Numbered from the stretch's first letter, positions 47,164 to 57,066 are shown. The stretch is DNA of 64,000 nt from an uncultured Chloroflexia bacterium (GCA_963697305.1 CAVONO010000014.1:3338-67337), one strand, 5' to 3'. The notes: generated from the letters alone by a model not told the origin. A program made the numbers and translations.

Positions 47164-49185
47164 ATGAATTTCGCTAAATTACTTGGGGCGGCCATCCTTC
47201 TGATCTTGCTTGTCAATAGAATTCCAGCATCTTTGGCCCAGGCCGATCTTGAGATCAAATTGAAGAACCGCAGCTTCGTGCCGCAGACGAGCGGGGCGAT
47301 GCGCGTAGCAGGGAGCAACGGGGCCGGCAGGCAGCATGTCATTTTGCAGTTTGCTGAACTTCCCGATCCGGAAATATTGGCGCAGTATGGTATTCAGCCG
47401 CTCAACTATATTCCTGATAATGCGATCATGGCTTCCGTTCCCGCCGGCTTTGAGCAGCGCAGTGCACCCGGCGTTCGTTGGATGGGACAGCTATTAGCGA
47501 CGGACAAAATCAGCGCCTATGTAAGCAAGCAGTTGGAAATGATGGCTGCAGATCAGCAGGTCACGCTGCTCGTGGAAGCGCACCCGGATGTGGATTCGCA
47601 GACGCTGGCTTCGCTCGCGGTCAGGGCCGGCGGCACATTCAACAGCCATCCCGCCCTGCCTGGCCATTTGGGGCTGGTCACGGGCACGCGGGAAGTGTTC
47701 CAGCAGCTTGCGCTTGACGAGCGCATTGCCTGGATCACGGCGGCAAGCGACGAGCTGGTGAACGGCGAAGCAGTATACTACTGCCCTGGACCTATTACAG
47801 AGTTTGGGCCGGTTGCTAATTATGTCGTTCAGGGCGATGGATGGGATGGGCCAGGGCTGGGTTCCGCAGCTCTAACCTATCATTTCCTCAATGGTACGCC
47901 TGACATTGGTGGATCGGGTGAAGAGGGAGCGGTGAGAGACGCGCTTGCCGTGTGGGCTAGTTACGTTGATCTCTCCTTTAGCGAAACGGGCACGGCGGGG
48001 CTTACGCGCTCGCTAGACATTCTGTGGGCAACGGGATCGCATGGCGATCCATACCCTTTTGATGGTCCGAGCGGAATATTGGCACATGCCTATTTTCCAT
48101 CACCACCCAATTCGGAAACGATCGCCGGTGATATCCATTTTGACGACGACGAAAACTGGTCGCTCAACACCCACATTCATATGTTTACAGTTGCGCTGCA
48201 TGAATCAGGTCATTCCCTGGGTCTGGCACATTCTGATGTTCCCGGGTCAGTGATGTATCCTTCTTATAGTGTAGCGGTGACAGACCTTCAGCCGGATGAT
48301 GTAGCGGGCATCCGCTCACTATATAGCGATAGTGGGAGCACAGATCCTGCACCTGACCCGCCTGTCTTGAACAGCATCTCCAACAGTGACGGAGATGGGA
48401 GTTTCACGGTAAGTTGGCCCAGCGTCGCCACCGCCAGCAGTTACACCTTACAGGAGTGGCACGACGGTGGGAGTTGGAACACGATTTACAGCGGGAACAG
48501 CAGCAGCCAGAATATCAACGGCCGTAGCTCAGGGGAATGGTGCTATCGTGCATTGGCTTCCAATACTGGGGGCGACAGCGGCTGGAGCAATACGCAGTGC
48601 GCGACGGTTACGGAGCTTGCGCCTGGCGCGCCCTTTTTGAAGAGCATCGCTAATAGCGACGGGGATGGGACCTATGCGGTAAGTTGGTCCATCATCGCCA
48701 ACGCCACCAGCTACAGCTTACAGGAGCAGCACGATAACGGTATCTGGAACACAATTTACAACGGCGGCGGCAGCAGCCAGAGCATCAACGGCCGTAGCCC
48801 GGGTGAATACTGTTATCGCGTACTGGCTGCCAATGGCGGAGGGGGCAGCGCCTGGAGCAATATGGTGTGCACGACGGTTACGGTGGATGTCGAACCATGC
48901 TATCTTCTGACGCGCGAGCATACGGGATTCGGCAGCGATCCAATAGCCACTCCTGCGCACTCGCCAGCATGTCCGATAGATCAGTACAACGCCGGAACCC
49001 TAATCAATCTGAGCGCCACGCCTGATTCGGGATGGTACGTGAGCGGCTGGAGCCGGACCACAAATGATGCCAGCACGGCCATCGTTAACAGCATCACAAT
49101 GCCGGCCCAAAACCATTCCATAGCGGTGCATTACGCCTTCAACGCAAGCGACTTTCATTTCATACCTTTTGTCTTGAAAGGGTAG
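47164..49185 (+). CDS. Secreted matrixin-type (M10) zinc metalloprotease with two FN3-like repeats and a C-terminal beta domain
   Basis: A signal peptide, then the metzincin motif HESGHSLGLAHS with the Met-turn SVMYP. Two ~90-aa repeats follow (SNSDGDGSFTVSW... and ANSDGDGTYAVSW...). Confidence 0.85.
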   Translation: MNFAKLLGAAILLILLVNRIPASLAQADLEIKLKNRSFVPQTSGAMRVAGSNGAGRQHVILQFAELPDPEILAQYGIQPLNYIPDNAIMASVPAGFEQRSAPGVRWMGQLLATDKISAYVSKQLEMMAADQQVTLLVEAHPDVDSQTLASLAVRAGGTFNSHPALPGHLGLVTGTREVFQQLALDERIAWITAASDELVNGEAVYYCPGPITEFGPVANYVVQGDGWDGPGLGSAALTYHFLNGTPDIGGSGEEGAVRDALAVWASYVDLSFSETGTAGLTRSLDILWATGSHGDPYPFDGPSGILAHAYFPSPPNSETIAGDIHFDDDENWSLNTHIHMFTVALHESGHSLGLAHSDVPGSVMYPSYSVAVTDLQPDDVAGIRSLYSDSGSTDPAPDPPVLNSISNSDGDGSFTVSWPSVATASSYTLQEWHDGGSWNTIYSGNSSSQNINGRSSGEWCYRALASNTGGDSGWSNTQCATVTELAPGAPFLKSIANSDGDGTYAVSWSIIANATSYSLQEQHDNGIWNTIYNGGGSSQSINGRSPGEYCYRVLAANGGGGSAWSNMVCTTVTVDVEPCYLLTREHTGFGSDPIATPAHSPACPIDQYNAGTLINLSATPDSGWYVSGWSRTTNDASTAIVNSITMPAQNHSIAVHYAFNASDFHFIPFVLKG

Positions 49186-49470
49186 AGGTTTGCCCTGAGG
49201 GTCTGCGCCTGTCCGTACCTGCGCGGCAGGCCGCCCAAATCCGCCTCTTGGCAGTGATGCCAGGCGTCAAGAGCTTGCACCAGTCCATAACCAAAGGAAT
49301 TGTCTCGCCCGGCCGTCCTCAGGTCTGCGGCCGTCTCCCTGAGCACTGTGTGCAGATCCTGGTTGGTAGCGAAGGTAGAATGCGCGTTGCAGCGGGGAGG
49401 CGGATGATTCGCCAGGATTGATTACATAAAACAGCCAAGAAGCCCAGTGACAGAAGCAACAGGGTCCAAC
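49155..49470 (-). pseudogene. Remnant of the C-terminus of a subtilisin-like (S8) peptidase
   Basis: FATNQDLHTVLRETAADLRTAGRDNSFGYGLVQALDA matches S8 C-termini. Upstream, in another frame, GESSASP occupies the position of the GTSMASP serine motif. There is no N-terminal catalytic part, and the remnant contains a stop and a frameshift. Confidence 0.4.
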
Positions 49471-49864
49471 GAGCCCCCCTAACCTGGCTTGGATTTCTTC
49501 TTTCATGACCTTTCGTCCTTGTCCGCCCCGCCCAGAGTTGCGGCATTTGCGACCAGCTTACAAATTGATCTGTTAACCGTTCATCACACCATCCGTTGTA
49601 ATGGTTGCCACATGGTATCACAAGCCTATTTGAGGAGATGGGTGCACCCGATCAGAAAGAGTTTTGATGTGCAAAGGCAGGCATACCCTCTTCGATACAC
49701 GTTGAAGATAGCCGAAAAACCGGGTTTCAAACCACATTTGGGAGGTAAGTCATCAAATAAACATGACAAGTATCACTTCCCTATGGCGCATCTTATCCTT
49801 ATTATAGTAGATAAGGGATAAGGTTCTGTTCGTCATCCCGGCAATGCCGGGAAAGAGGTGAGTC

Positions 49865-50251
49865 ATGACGCGGACAACAGATGGAAATTACGGCAGCAGT
49901 TTTGATGAATTGCGGGTATTTGCACGGATGGTCGGCTTGCTGGCGCTGCTAACGGCCGTTCTTTATTTGCGCGCGCTGGCAAGTGGCGGATTCCTATATC
50001 GAGGAGACAGCGAAACGATTCCCGTCACAACGATATTGTTTGTGCTCATGCTTGTTGCGGCCGCAGGATTGGTGTTGACCTGGAAGTGGGAATGCCTTGG
50101 TGGCGTGGTGGCCGTATTAGGCTCCATTGCAGTGGCGTTCATTGTCTACAGCACCTTTAGTGAAAACCGGCTGCTGGCGACGCTTATCTACAGCTCCCCT
50201 TTTCTGGTCGCCGGCACCCTCTGTCTGGCTGATTGGTGGAAACATCGCTAG
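49865..50251 (+). CDS. Hypothetical small membrane protein (about 4 TM segments)
   Basis: GAGG RBS upstream of the ATG at 49865, with hydrophobic segments. No recognised family. Confidence 0.4.
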   Translation: MTRTTDGNYGSSFDELRVFARMVGLLALLTAVLYLRALASGGFLYRGDSETIPVTTILFVLMLVAAAGLVLTWKWECLGGVVAVLGSIAVAFIVYSTFSENRLLATLIYSSPFLVAGTLCLADWWKHR

Positions 50252-50321
50252 CTGTTGACACGTCGACTTTGGTGATGAACGCTCAGGTCTGTAAGTATAC
50301 TTTATTTACAAAGCGAGCCGT

Positions 50322-51218
50322 ATGAAGAAGGCAACACGGCAGCACACAAGAGCCCACACTAAACAGCTGGCTCTAAGAACGATTTTCCAACAGGAGGCGA
50401 TCAGCCGCGCAGATATCGCGCGCGTTACGCACCTGACCCGCACTGCGGTGTCTCATATCGTCTCCGAACTTATCGCCGAAGGTCTTATCGAAGAATCGGG
50501 ACTTGGTCCTCCGGCGGCGGAAAACCGCCGGTGATACTCGAGGTTGTGCGGCATTCAAGGAATTTGATCGGCGCCGACCTGGCGAACAGCGCGTTTCATG
50601 GGGATGTTTTCGATTTGCGTGGCAACCTTATCCAGCGTATCGATCTGCCCGTGCGAGATAAGAATGGGATGCAGGCGTTGGAACTTGTCACACAGCTGAT
50701 CGACACCCTGCTGGAATCTTGTAATGGCCCAGTGTTAGAAATTGGCCATGTGCGCGTGGTAAAACAAGGGACTTTATGCTTATGCGGGCAGAGGGGCTGT
50801 TACTGCAGTCAGTTCGCGTGCCCTTATCAAAAAGGCCAAAGTGCTGTTCCAGGATAATCGCAACTCAACGCTGCAACAGCCTGTTACTTCATCAGAAGAG
50901 ATCACAATCGATATCGTCTTGCAGGCGTTTAGGGCTGGTAACGAAGCGATCAGACTGATGATCATCGAGGTCGGCCAATTTCTAGGCATCGCCGTGGCAC
51001 ATTTGGTAGGTGCGCTCAACATCCAACATATCTTCATCGCAGGTAGTGTGGCCCGTTTCGGCGAGACCCTTTTGGATTCCATTCGCTCTGAAGTGCTTCA
51101 ACGCACTATGTCCATTCTTGCCGATAATAACCGTTCAGTGTTCAGTCAACTTGGCCAGGATATCGTCATGCTGGGCGCTGCGTCGCACCTATTGACCAAC
51201 GAGTTGGGATTAACTTGA
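50322..51218 (+). pseudogene. ROK-family transcriptional repressor with two frameshifts and a ~0.3-kb internal deletion
   Basis: The wHTH ISRADIARVTHLTRTAVSHIVSELIAEGLI is in frame 0. GGGKPPVILEV... follows in another frame after ~50510. GPVL is joined directly to EIGHVRVVKQGTLCLCGQRGC, so about 110 aa expected between the GIGIG and GEIGH regions are missing. A second shift lies near 50808, before AVSSRALIKKAK... Confidence 0.7.
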
Positions 51219-51392
51219 CCAAGGCCGAATGAGCCATAAATAATGCGAGTCACCCAATGTCTTGTTACAATCATTGCACCATAAAAGGAGGTACTATCGA
51301 CCAAACAGCTAGATAAGGATCACCCAATTCAGCAGTAGAGAACTGTTTTAGAAAGCAGTGGCAAATAAGAACAATATAGGAGAAGAAAAATC

Positions 51393-54008
51393 ATGTTAAA
51401 GAAAGCGTTTATTGTGTTGACAGCTCTGTTAATTTTGGCCTTGATGCTCGCCGCTTGTGGCGGCGGCGCAACAGAAGAACCAAGCACGACCAGCGATGAC
51501 ACCAGCGTATCTTCCGAAGAAACAGCGGCCCTAGAGGCAGCACCTACCGAAGAAGCGGCGCCCGCCGAAGAAGCAGCGCCATCTGGCGAAAAAGTTACCC
51601 TGACCATTGAAAGCTGGCGCAATGATGACCTGCCCATCTGGCAGGATCTGATTATTCCCGCCTTCAATGCCGAGCACCCAGACATTGAAGTCATCTTTTC
51701 GCCTTCCGCCCCAGCAGAATATAATGGCGCTTTGAATACGCGGCTGGAAGGTGGTGTGGCTGGCGATCTAATCACCTGCCGTCCCTTTGATGCCTCTCTG
51801 GCTCTCTTCGAACAGGGTCACCTCGCTTCTCTGAATGACCTGGAGGGGATGGCCAACTTTGGTTCAGTCGCCAAATCCGCCTGGGTTACCGACGATGGTT
51901 CCGATGCTTTCTGCGTGCCCATGGCCTCTGTTATCCACGGCTTCATCTACAACAAGGACATCTTTGATGAACTGGGCTTGAGCGAGCCAGCCACGGTCGA
52001 CGAGTTCTATGCCGTTCTGGACGCCGTTCAGGAGGCTGGTTACACAGCACTGGATATGGGCACGGCCGATCAATGGGAAGCGGCGACAATGGGCTACCAG
52101 AATATCGGTCCCAACTACTGGCGCGGTGAAGAGGGCCGTTTAGCCCTGATCAGCGGTGAAGCGAAGTTCACCGACCCGGAACATGTTGCTGTGTGGAATG
52201 AATTGGCCAAATGGGGACCCTATCTGGCCAGTGGCTACCAGGCCCAGACCTATCCCGATTCGCAAAATCTATTCACCTTGGGCGAAACTGCCATCTACCC
52301 GGCCGGCTCTTGGGACATAACCACTTTCAATAACCTGGCCGATTTCGAGATGGGCGCCTTCCCGCCGCCCGTGGTCAATGCTGGCGATACCTGCTACATC
52401 AGCGACCACACCGACATCGCGATTGGCATGAACACCGCGACGCCCAATCCGGAAGCGGCCAAGACATTCTTGAACTGGGTGGCGACGGCTGAGTTTGCCG
52501 AGCTGTACAGCAATGCCCTGCCTGGTTTCTTCTCCCTGGCTGATGTCGATATTACACTCGAAGACCCGTTGGCCCAGACTTTCCTGGATTGGCGTGGTGA
52601 TTGTGAATCGACCATCCGCAACTCCTACCAGATTCTGTCTCGCGGCGAGCCTAATTTGGAAAACGAGTTGTGGCGCGTCAGTGCCCAGGTCATAAACGGC
52701 GACATCACCCCCGAAGAGGGTGCGCAGCAGATTCAAGATGGCATGGATTCCTGGTATACCCCCAGTGAAGGTGCCTCTGATGTGGCGGAAGCGGCCGTTG
52801 CCGATGCCGGCGCTGAGAGCAGCGCCGACCTATCAGGAAGCCTGGTCATCGAAAGCTGGCGCAATGATGACCTGCCCATCTGGGAAGATTCGATTATTCC
52901 AGCATTCAACGTCCACTATCCCAACATCGAAGTTGAATTCGCGCCTGCTGCCCCAGCAGAATATAATGGCGCTTTGAATACGCGGCTGGAAGGTGGTGTG
53001 GCTGGCGATCTAATCACCTGCCGTCCCTTTGATGCCTCTCTGGCTCTCTTCGAACAGGGTCACCTCGCTTCTCTGAATGACCTGGAGGGGATGGCCAACT
53101 TTGGTTCAGTCGCCAAATCCGCCTGGGTTACCGACGATGGTTCCGATGCTTTCTGCGTGCCGATGGCCTCTGTTATCCACGGCTTCATCTACAACAAGGA
53201 CATCTTTGATGAACTGGGCTTGAGCGAGCCAGCCACGGTCGACGAGTTCTATGCCGTTCTGGACGCCGTTCAGGAGGCTGGTTACACAGCACTGGATATG
53301 GGCACGGCCGATCAATGGGAAGCGGCGACAATGGGCTACCAGAATATTGGTCCCAACTACTGGCGCGGTGAAGAGGGCCGTTTAGCCCTGATCAGCGGTG
53401 AAGCGAAGTTCACCGACCCGGAACATGTTGCTGTGTGGAATGAATTGGCCAAATGGGGACCCTATCTGGCCAGTGGCTACCAGGCCCAGACCTATCCCGA
53501 TTCGCAAAATTTATTCACCTTGGGCGAAACTGCCATCTACCCGGCCGGCTCTTGGGACATAACCACTTTCAATAACCTGGCCGATTTCGAGATGGGTGCC
53601 TTCCCGCCGCCCGTGGTCAATGCTGGCGATACCTGTTACATCAGCGACCACACCGACATCGCCCTGGGTATGAATACCGCCAGTGAAAACCAGGAAGCAG
53701 CGCGTGCTTTCCTCAACTGGGTGGCGACGGCTGAGTTTGCCGAGCTGTACAGCAATGCCCTGCCTGGTTTCTTCTCCCTGGCTGATGTCGATATTACACT
53801 CGAAGACCCGTTGGCCCAGACTTTCCTGGATTGGCGTGGTGATTGTGAATCGACCATCCGCAACTCCTACCAGATTCTGTCTCGCGGCGAGCCTAATTTG
53901 GAAAACGAGTTGTGGCGCGTCAGTGCCCAGGTCATAAACGGCGACATCACCCCCGAAGAGGGTGCGCAGCAGATTCAAGATGGCATGGATTCCTGGTATA
54001 CTCCCTAA
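51393..54008 (+). CDS. Sugar ABC transporter substrate-binding lipoprotein with two complete tandem SBP modules (871 aa)
   Basis: AGGAGA RBS and lipobox LAAC. Two ~390-aa family-1 SBP modules are joined by an acidic linker, with a 1242-nt (414-codon) period. Confidence 0.85.
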   Translation: MLKKAFIVLTALLILALMLAACGGGATEEPSTTSDDTSVSSEETAALEAAPTEEAAPAEEAAPSGEKVTLTIESWRNDDLPIWQDLIIPAFNAEHPDIEVIFSPSAPAEYNGALNTRLEGGVAGDLITCRPFDASLALFEQGHLASLNDLEGMANFGSVAKSAWVTDDGSDAFCVPMASVIHGFIYNKDIFDELGLSEPATVDEFYAVLDAVQEAGYTALDMGTADQWEAATMGYQNIGPNYWRGEEGRLALISGEAKFTDPEHVAVWNELAKWGPYLASGYQAQTYPDSQNLFTLGETAIYPAGSWDITTFNNLADFEMGAFPPPVVNAGDTCYISDHTDIAIGMNTATPNPEAAKTFLNWVATAEFAELYSNALPGFFSLADVDITLEDPLAQTFLDWRGDCESTIRNSYQILSRGEPNLENELWRVSAQVINGDITPEEGAQQIQDGMDSWYTPSEGASDVAEAAVADAGAESSADLSGSLVIESWRNDDLPIWEDSIIPAFNVHYPNIEVEFAPAAPAEYNGALNTRLEGGVAGDLITCRPFDASLALFEQGHLASLNDLEGMANFGSVAKSAWVTDDGSDAFCVPMASVIHGFIYNKDIFDELGLSEPATVDEFYAVLDAVQEAGYTALDMGTADQWEAATMGYQNIGPNYWRGEEGRLALISGEAKFTDPEHVAVWNELAKWGPYLASGYQAQTYPDSQNLFTLGETAIYPAGSWDITTFNNLADFEMGAFPPPVVNAGDTCYISDHTDIALGMNTASENQEAARAFLNWVATAEFAELYSNALPGFFSLADVDITLEDPLAQTFLDWRGDCESTIRNSYQILSRGEPNLENELWRVSAQVINGDITPEEGAQQIQDGMDSWYTP
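51609..54002 (+). repeat. In-frame tandem duplication, period 1242 nt
   Basis: 51609-52760 matches 52851-54002. The two copies are almost identical except for two divergent patches (~51642-51705 and ~52425-52470) and 5 isolated synonymous differences. Confidence 0.9.
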
Positions 54009-54040
54009 TCCCAACACTTGATTGCATGTGAATTAGTAGA

Positions 54041-54077
54041 CAGGGGGCTAGAAAATGAAACAACTTCTAGCCCCCTG
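54041..54077 (+). terminator. Strong hairpin after the SBP gene
   Basis: A perfect 13-bp stem CAGGGGGCTAGAA / TTCTAGCCCCCTG with an 11-nt loop and no U tract. It is flanked by 9-bp direct repeats TCCCAACAC (54009-54017, 54079-54087). Confidence 0.4.
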
Positions 54078-54220
54078 GTCCCAACACACGGTTAGACCAG
54101 CTTCTTCCTCAATTACCGTTGATTTTTAAGGTAGAATACAAGCGCCTTGGCGTACTTTTATTCTTTACAAGTTGGTGGGTAAGCAAGAACCTTACCCACC
54201 CATTTTGAAGGAGTCTTGCT

Positions 54221-55147
54221 ATGCAATCGCAATCTCCCCGAAAACGCAAGTCGTTTCCAACACACATCATCGTCTTCTTGGCCCCGGCCGTCATTGTCTA
54301 CACGGTCTTTATGATCTTCCCATTGCTGGATTCACTGCGTCTAAGTTTCGTTGAAAATGAGACAGGAATATTCATAGGGATGCAAAACTATATTACCTTG
54401 CTGACCAACCAATTGTGGGCAGACCAATTTTGGAATTCGTTTTGGAATAATGTCAAATTTTTCATCATCAATATGCTGGTGCAAAATCCAGTCGCTCTTT
54501 TTTTAGCAGCCTTATTAAGCAGCCGCACCTTACGTTGGACGAGCGGCTATCGCACCCTCATTTTCGTGCCGACTGTCTTGTCGGTGGTCATCATCGGTTT
54601 CATCTGGCAGCTCATTTTGAGTCCCCTCTGGGGAATCGCCGAAAGTTTTATGACCTTCTTTGGGATCGGCCACTTATTCCAACCCTGGTTAGGTCTGGAA
54701 AGCACTGCTCTAACCACGATCTCTTTGATATCGGTCTGGCAATTTGTTGGAATTCCGCTGATGCTGTTTTACGCAGCGCTCATTGGCATCCCGGAAGAAC
54801 TGATTGAAGCGGCTTATGTTGATGGGGCCACAACCTGGACCGTCTTCTGGAGAGTGAAATTTCCCCTCATTCTACCGACGGTTGGCATAGTGACCATCCT
54901 CACATTTGTCGGCAATTTCAATGCCTTTGACCTTATCTACACCATCAAGGGTGCTTTGGCCGGGCCAAATTTCTCAACAGATATCATGGGCACCATGTTT
55001 TTCCGCACATTCTTCGGCCAGCAGCTACAGCTGGGCAATGCCGCAATGGGCTCGACCGTGGCCGCCATGATGCTGTTAATTATTTTGATCGGCGTACTGA
55101 TTTATCTGGTAGGCTGGCAGCGCCGCATCCATACATACGAGATCTAA
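54221..55147 (+). CDS. Sugar ABC transporter permease (MalF/UgpA-like)
   Basis: The EAA loop EAAYVDGATTWTVFWRVKFPL, with six TM segments. Confidence 0.9.
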   Translation: MQSQSPRKRKSFPTHIIVFLAPAVIVYTVFMIFPLLDSLRLSFVENETGIFIGMQNYITLLTNQLWADQFWNSFWNNVKFFIINMLVQNPVALFLAALLSSRTLRWTSGYRTLIFVPTVLSVVIIGFIWQLILSPLWGIAESFMTFFGIGHLFQPWLGLESTALTTISLISVWQFVGIPLMLFYAALIGIPEELIEAAYVDGATTWTVFWRVKFPLILPTVGIVTILTFVGNFNAFDLIYTIKGALAGPNFSTDIMGTMFFRTFFGQQLQLGNAAMGSTVAAMMLLIILIGVLIYLVGWQRRIHTYEI

Positions 55148-55189
55148 GAATTAGGCAATGCTTTTGCGTAATTATTATGGGAGAACAAG

Positions 55190-56032
55190 ATGAGTGCATC
55201 AACTATCCGTCATCGCTTCACTGAATCAATCATACCCCATACTGCTCTGCTAATTTATACGGCCATCGCTTTGTTTCCGATTTTCCTGGTCGTTATCAAC
55301 TCATTCAAAGCACGCAAAGCGATTTTCCGCCAACCACTGGCGCTGCCCAATGCCGAGACTTTCAGCCTGGAAGGATATTTAACTGTCTGGGAAAGGGCCG
55401 GTTTTCCGCTCTATTTTCGCAACAGTTTGGTCGTCACGCTTGCTTCGATCTTCTTTATTTTGCTCTTTGGCGCCATGGCAGCTTTCGCCCTGTCCGAATA
55501 CAAGTTTCGCGGCAATACGCTGCTCGGTTTGTATCTGGCGTTGGGCATCATGATCCCCATTCGTTTGGGCACAGTAGGTATACTGCGCTTGGTAGCATCC
55601 ATGGGCCTCGTGAACAATCTTATGGGTTTGATATTCGTCTATATTGCTCAGGGCCTGCCACTGACGGTGTTTGTCCTGCAAAGTTTTATGAGCCATGTGC
55701 CCAGGGAAATGAAGGAGGCCGCCCGCGTGGATGGCGCCAGCGAATACCGCATCTTTGGTCTCGTGCTGCCCATGGTGCGGCCCGCGGTGGCGACCGTGGC
55801 CGTATTCGTCATGATCCCGATCTGGAATGACCTCTGGTTCCCTTTGATATTGGCGCCTGGCGAGTCGACGAAGACGGTCACCCTCGGTGCGCAGCAGTTC
55901 TTGGGGCAGTTTGTTAGTGATTGGAACGCTGTTCTCTCTTCATTGACACTGGCGATGATCCCCGTTCTGATTCTATATATTATCTTCTCGCGGCAGTTGA
56001 TTAGAGGTATTACGAGTGGAGCGATAAAGTGA
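55190..56032 (+). CDS. Sugar ABC transporter permease (MalG/UgpE-like)
   Basis: The EAA loop EAARVDGASEYRIFGLVLPMVRP. Confidence 0.9.
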   Translation: MSASTIRHRFTESIIPHTALLIYTAIALFPIFLVVINSFKARKAIFRQPLALPNAETFSLEGYLTVWERAGFPLYFRNSLVVTLASIFFILLFGAMAAFALSEYKFRGNTLLGLYLALGIMIPIRLGTVGILRLVASMGLVNNLMGLIFVYIAQGLPLTVFVLQSFMSHVPREMKEAARVDGASEYRIFGLVLPMVRPAVATVAVFVMIPIWNDLWFPLILAPGESTKTVTLGAQQFLGQFVSDWNAVLSSLTLAMIPVLILYIIFSRQLIRGITSGAIK

Positions 56033-57066
56033 GCAGTCATATACGTGTAGGAATTGTGGGCACAGGAGTTATGGGGCGAACCCACGCTGCGGCCTGGGCG
56101 GTAACGGGCGCAACCATTGCCGGTTTCGTTTCCAAAGATGAAGCATCGGCACAGGAGTTGGCCACCCAGCACCAGGGGCAGGTTTATGGGGATTTGCCAT
56201 CGTTGATCGCCGATGTGGATGTAGTTGATGTTTGTGCACCAACGCACCGCCATCATGAAATTGTGCTGGCGGCGGCCGCCGCCGGCAAACATGTGGTTTG
56301 TGAAAAGCCGCTGGCGCGAACCGTGGCGCAAGGGCAAGAGATGATCGCCGCTTGTGAAGAGGCAGGGGTGAAACTGATGGTGGCCCACGTCGTGCGTTTC
56401 TTTCCTGAGTATGCCCAAGCGAAGGCACAGGTAGAGGGCGGGGCTATCGGACAGACGGCCGTGTTGCGCCTGACGCGCGGCTCCTTCCAGCCCAAGAAGG
56501 CGGTGGATAACTGGTTTATCGATTACGAGAAGTCTGGCGGCATGATGCTGGACTTGATGATTCACGACCTGGATTACGCGCGATGGGTGGCGGGTGAAGT
56601 GGACATGGTCTTCGCCAAGAAAATCAGCAGCAGCCATCCAGGCAGCAGCGTGGACCATGGTTTAGCTATTCTCAAGCATCGTAACGGCACGATCTCCCAT
56701 GTGGAGGGATCTTGGGCGTATCCCCCGCCCCTGTTCCGCACACGATTTGAAATCTCCGCTTCTAATGGCTTGATCCAGTTCGATTCGGATGATACGGCAG
56801 CGATTACTCTGCACCTGCGCCAGGCTGAAGAGGAAGGTATCCCAGATGTACCGCTGCCGGGCAGTCCTCTGAATGAAAGTCCTTATACAACGCAGATCAA
56901 AGCGTTCTATGCCTGCCTGGCCAACGATACGGCCGTTCCGGTCACAGGAGCCGATGGGCTAGCCGCTTTACAGATCGCGCTCGCGGCCATCGAATCGGCC
57001 GAAACTGGGCGACCCGTTGCGCTGCAACCCTTACCCGAAGTCGCAGCGCAGGAGGTAGTACAATGA
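56029..57066 (+). CDS. Gfo/Idh/MocA family oxidoreductase
   Basis: The Rossmann N-terminus IRVGIVGTGVMG and the VVCEKPLA motif. Its start overlaps the stop of the upstream permease. Confidence 0.85.
   Translation: MSSHIRVGIVGTGVMGRTHAAAWAVTGATIAGFVSKDEASAQELATQHQGQVYGDLPSLIADVDVVDVCAPTHRHHEIVLAAAAAGKHVVCEKPLARTVAQGQEMIAACEEAGVKLMVAHVVRFFPEYAQAKAQVEGGAIGQTAVLRLTRGSFQPKKAVDNWFIDYEKSGGMMLDLMIHDLDYARWVAGEVDMVFAKKISSSHPGSSVDHGLAILKHRNGTISHVEGSWAYPPPLFRTRFEISASNGLIQFDSDDTAAITLHLRQAEEEGIPDVPLPGSPLNESPYTTQIKAFYACLANDTAVPVTGADGLAALQIALAAIESAETGRPVALQPLPEVAAQEVVQ

Noticed and set aside
55648-56658. Long antisense ORFs in the track: 55648-56658 (-, 336 aa), 62788-63552 (-, 254 aa), 27159-27884 (+, 241 aa), 32622-33311 (-, 229 aa), 2102-2740 (-, 212 aa), 6763-7392 (-, 209 aa), 3632-4189 (-), 10120-10602 (-), 18324-18518 (+), and many 60-150-aa ORFs.
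   Set aside because: Each lies opposite or out of frame within a gene that has strong family motifs. Their products are Arg/Gly/Pro/Ser-rich shadow-frame translations without RBS or motifs, as is typical of GC-rich DNA.
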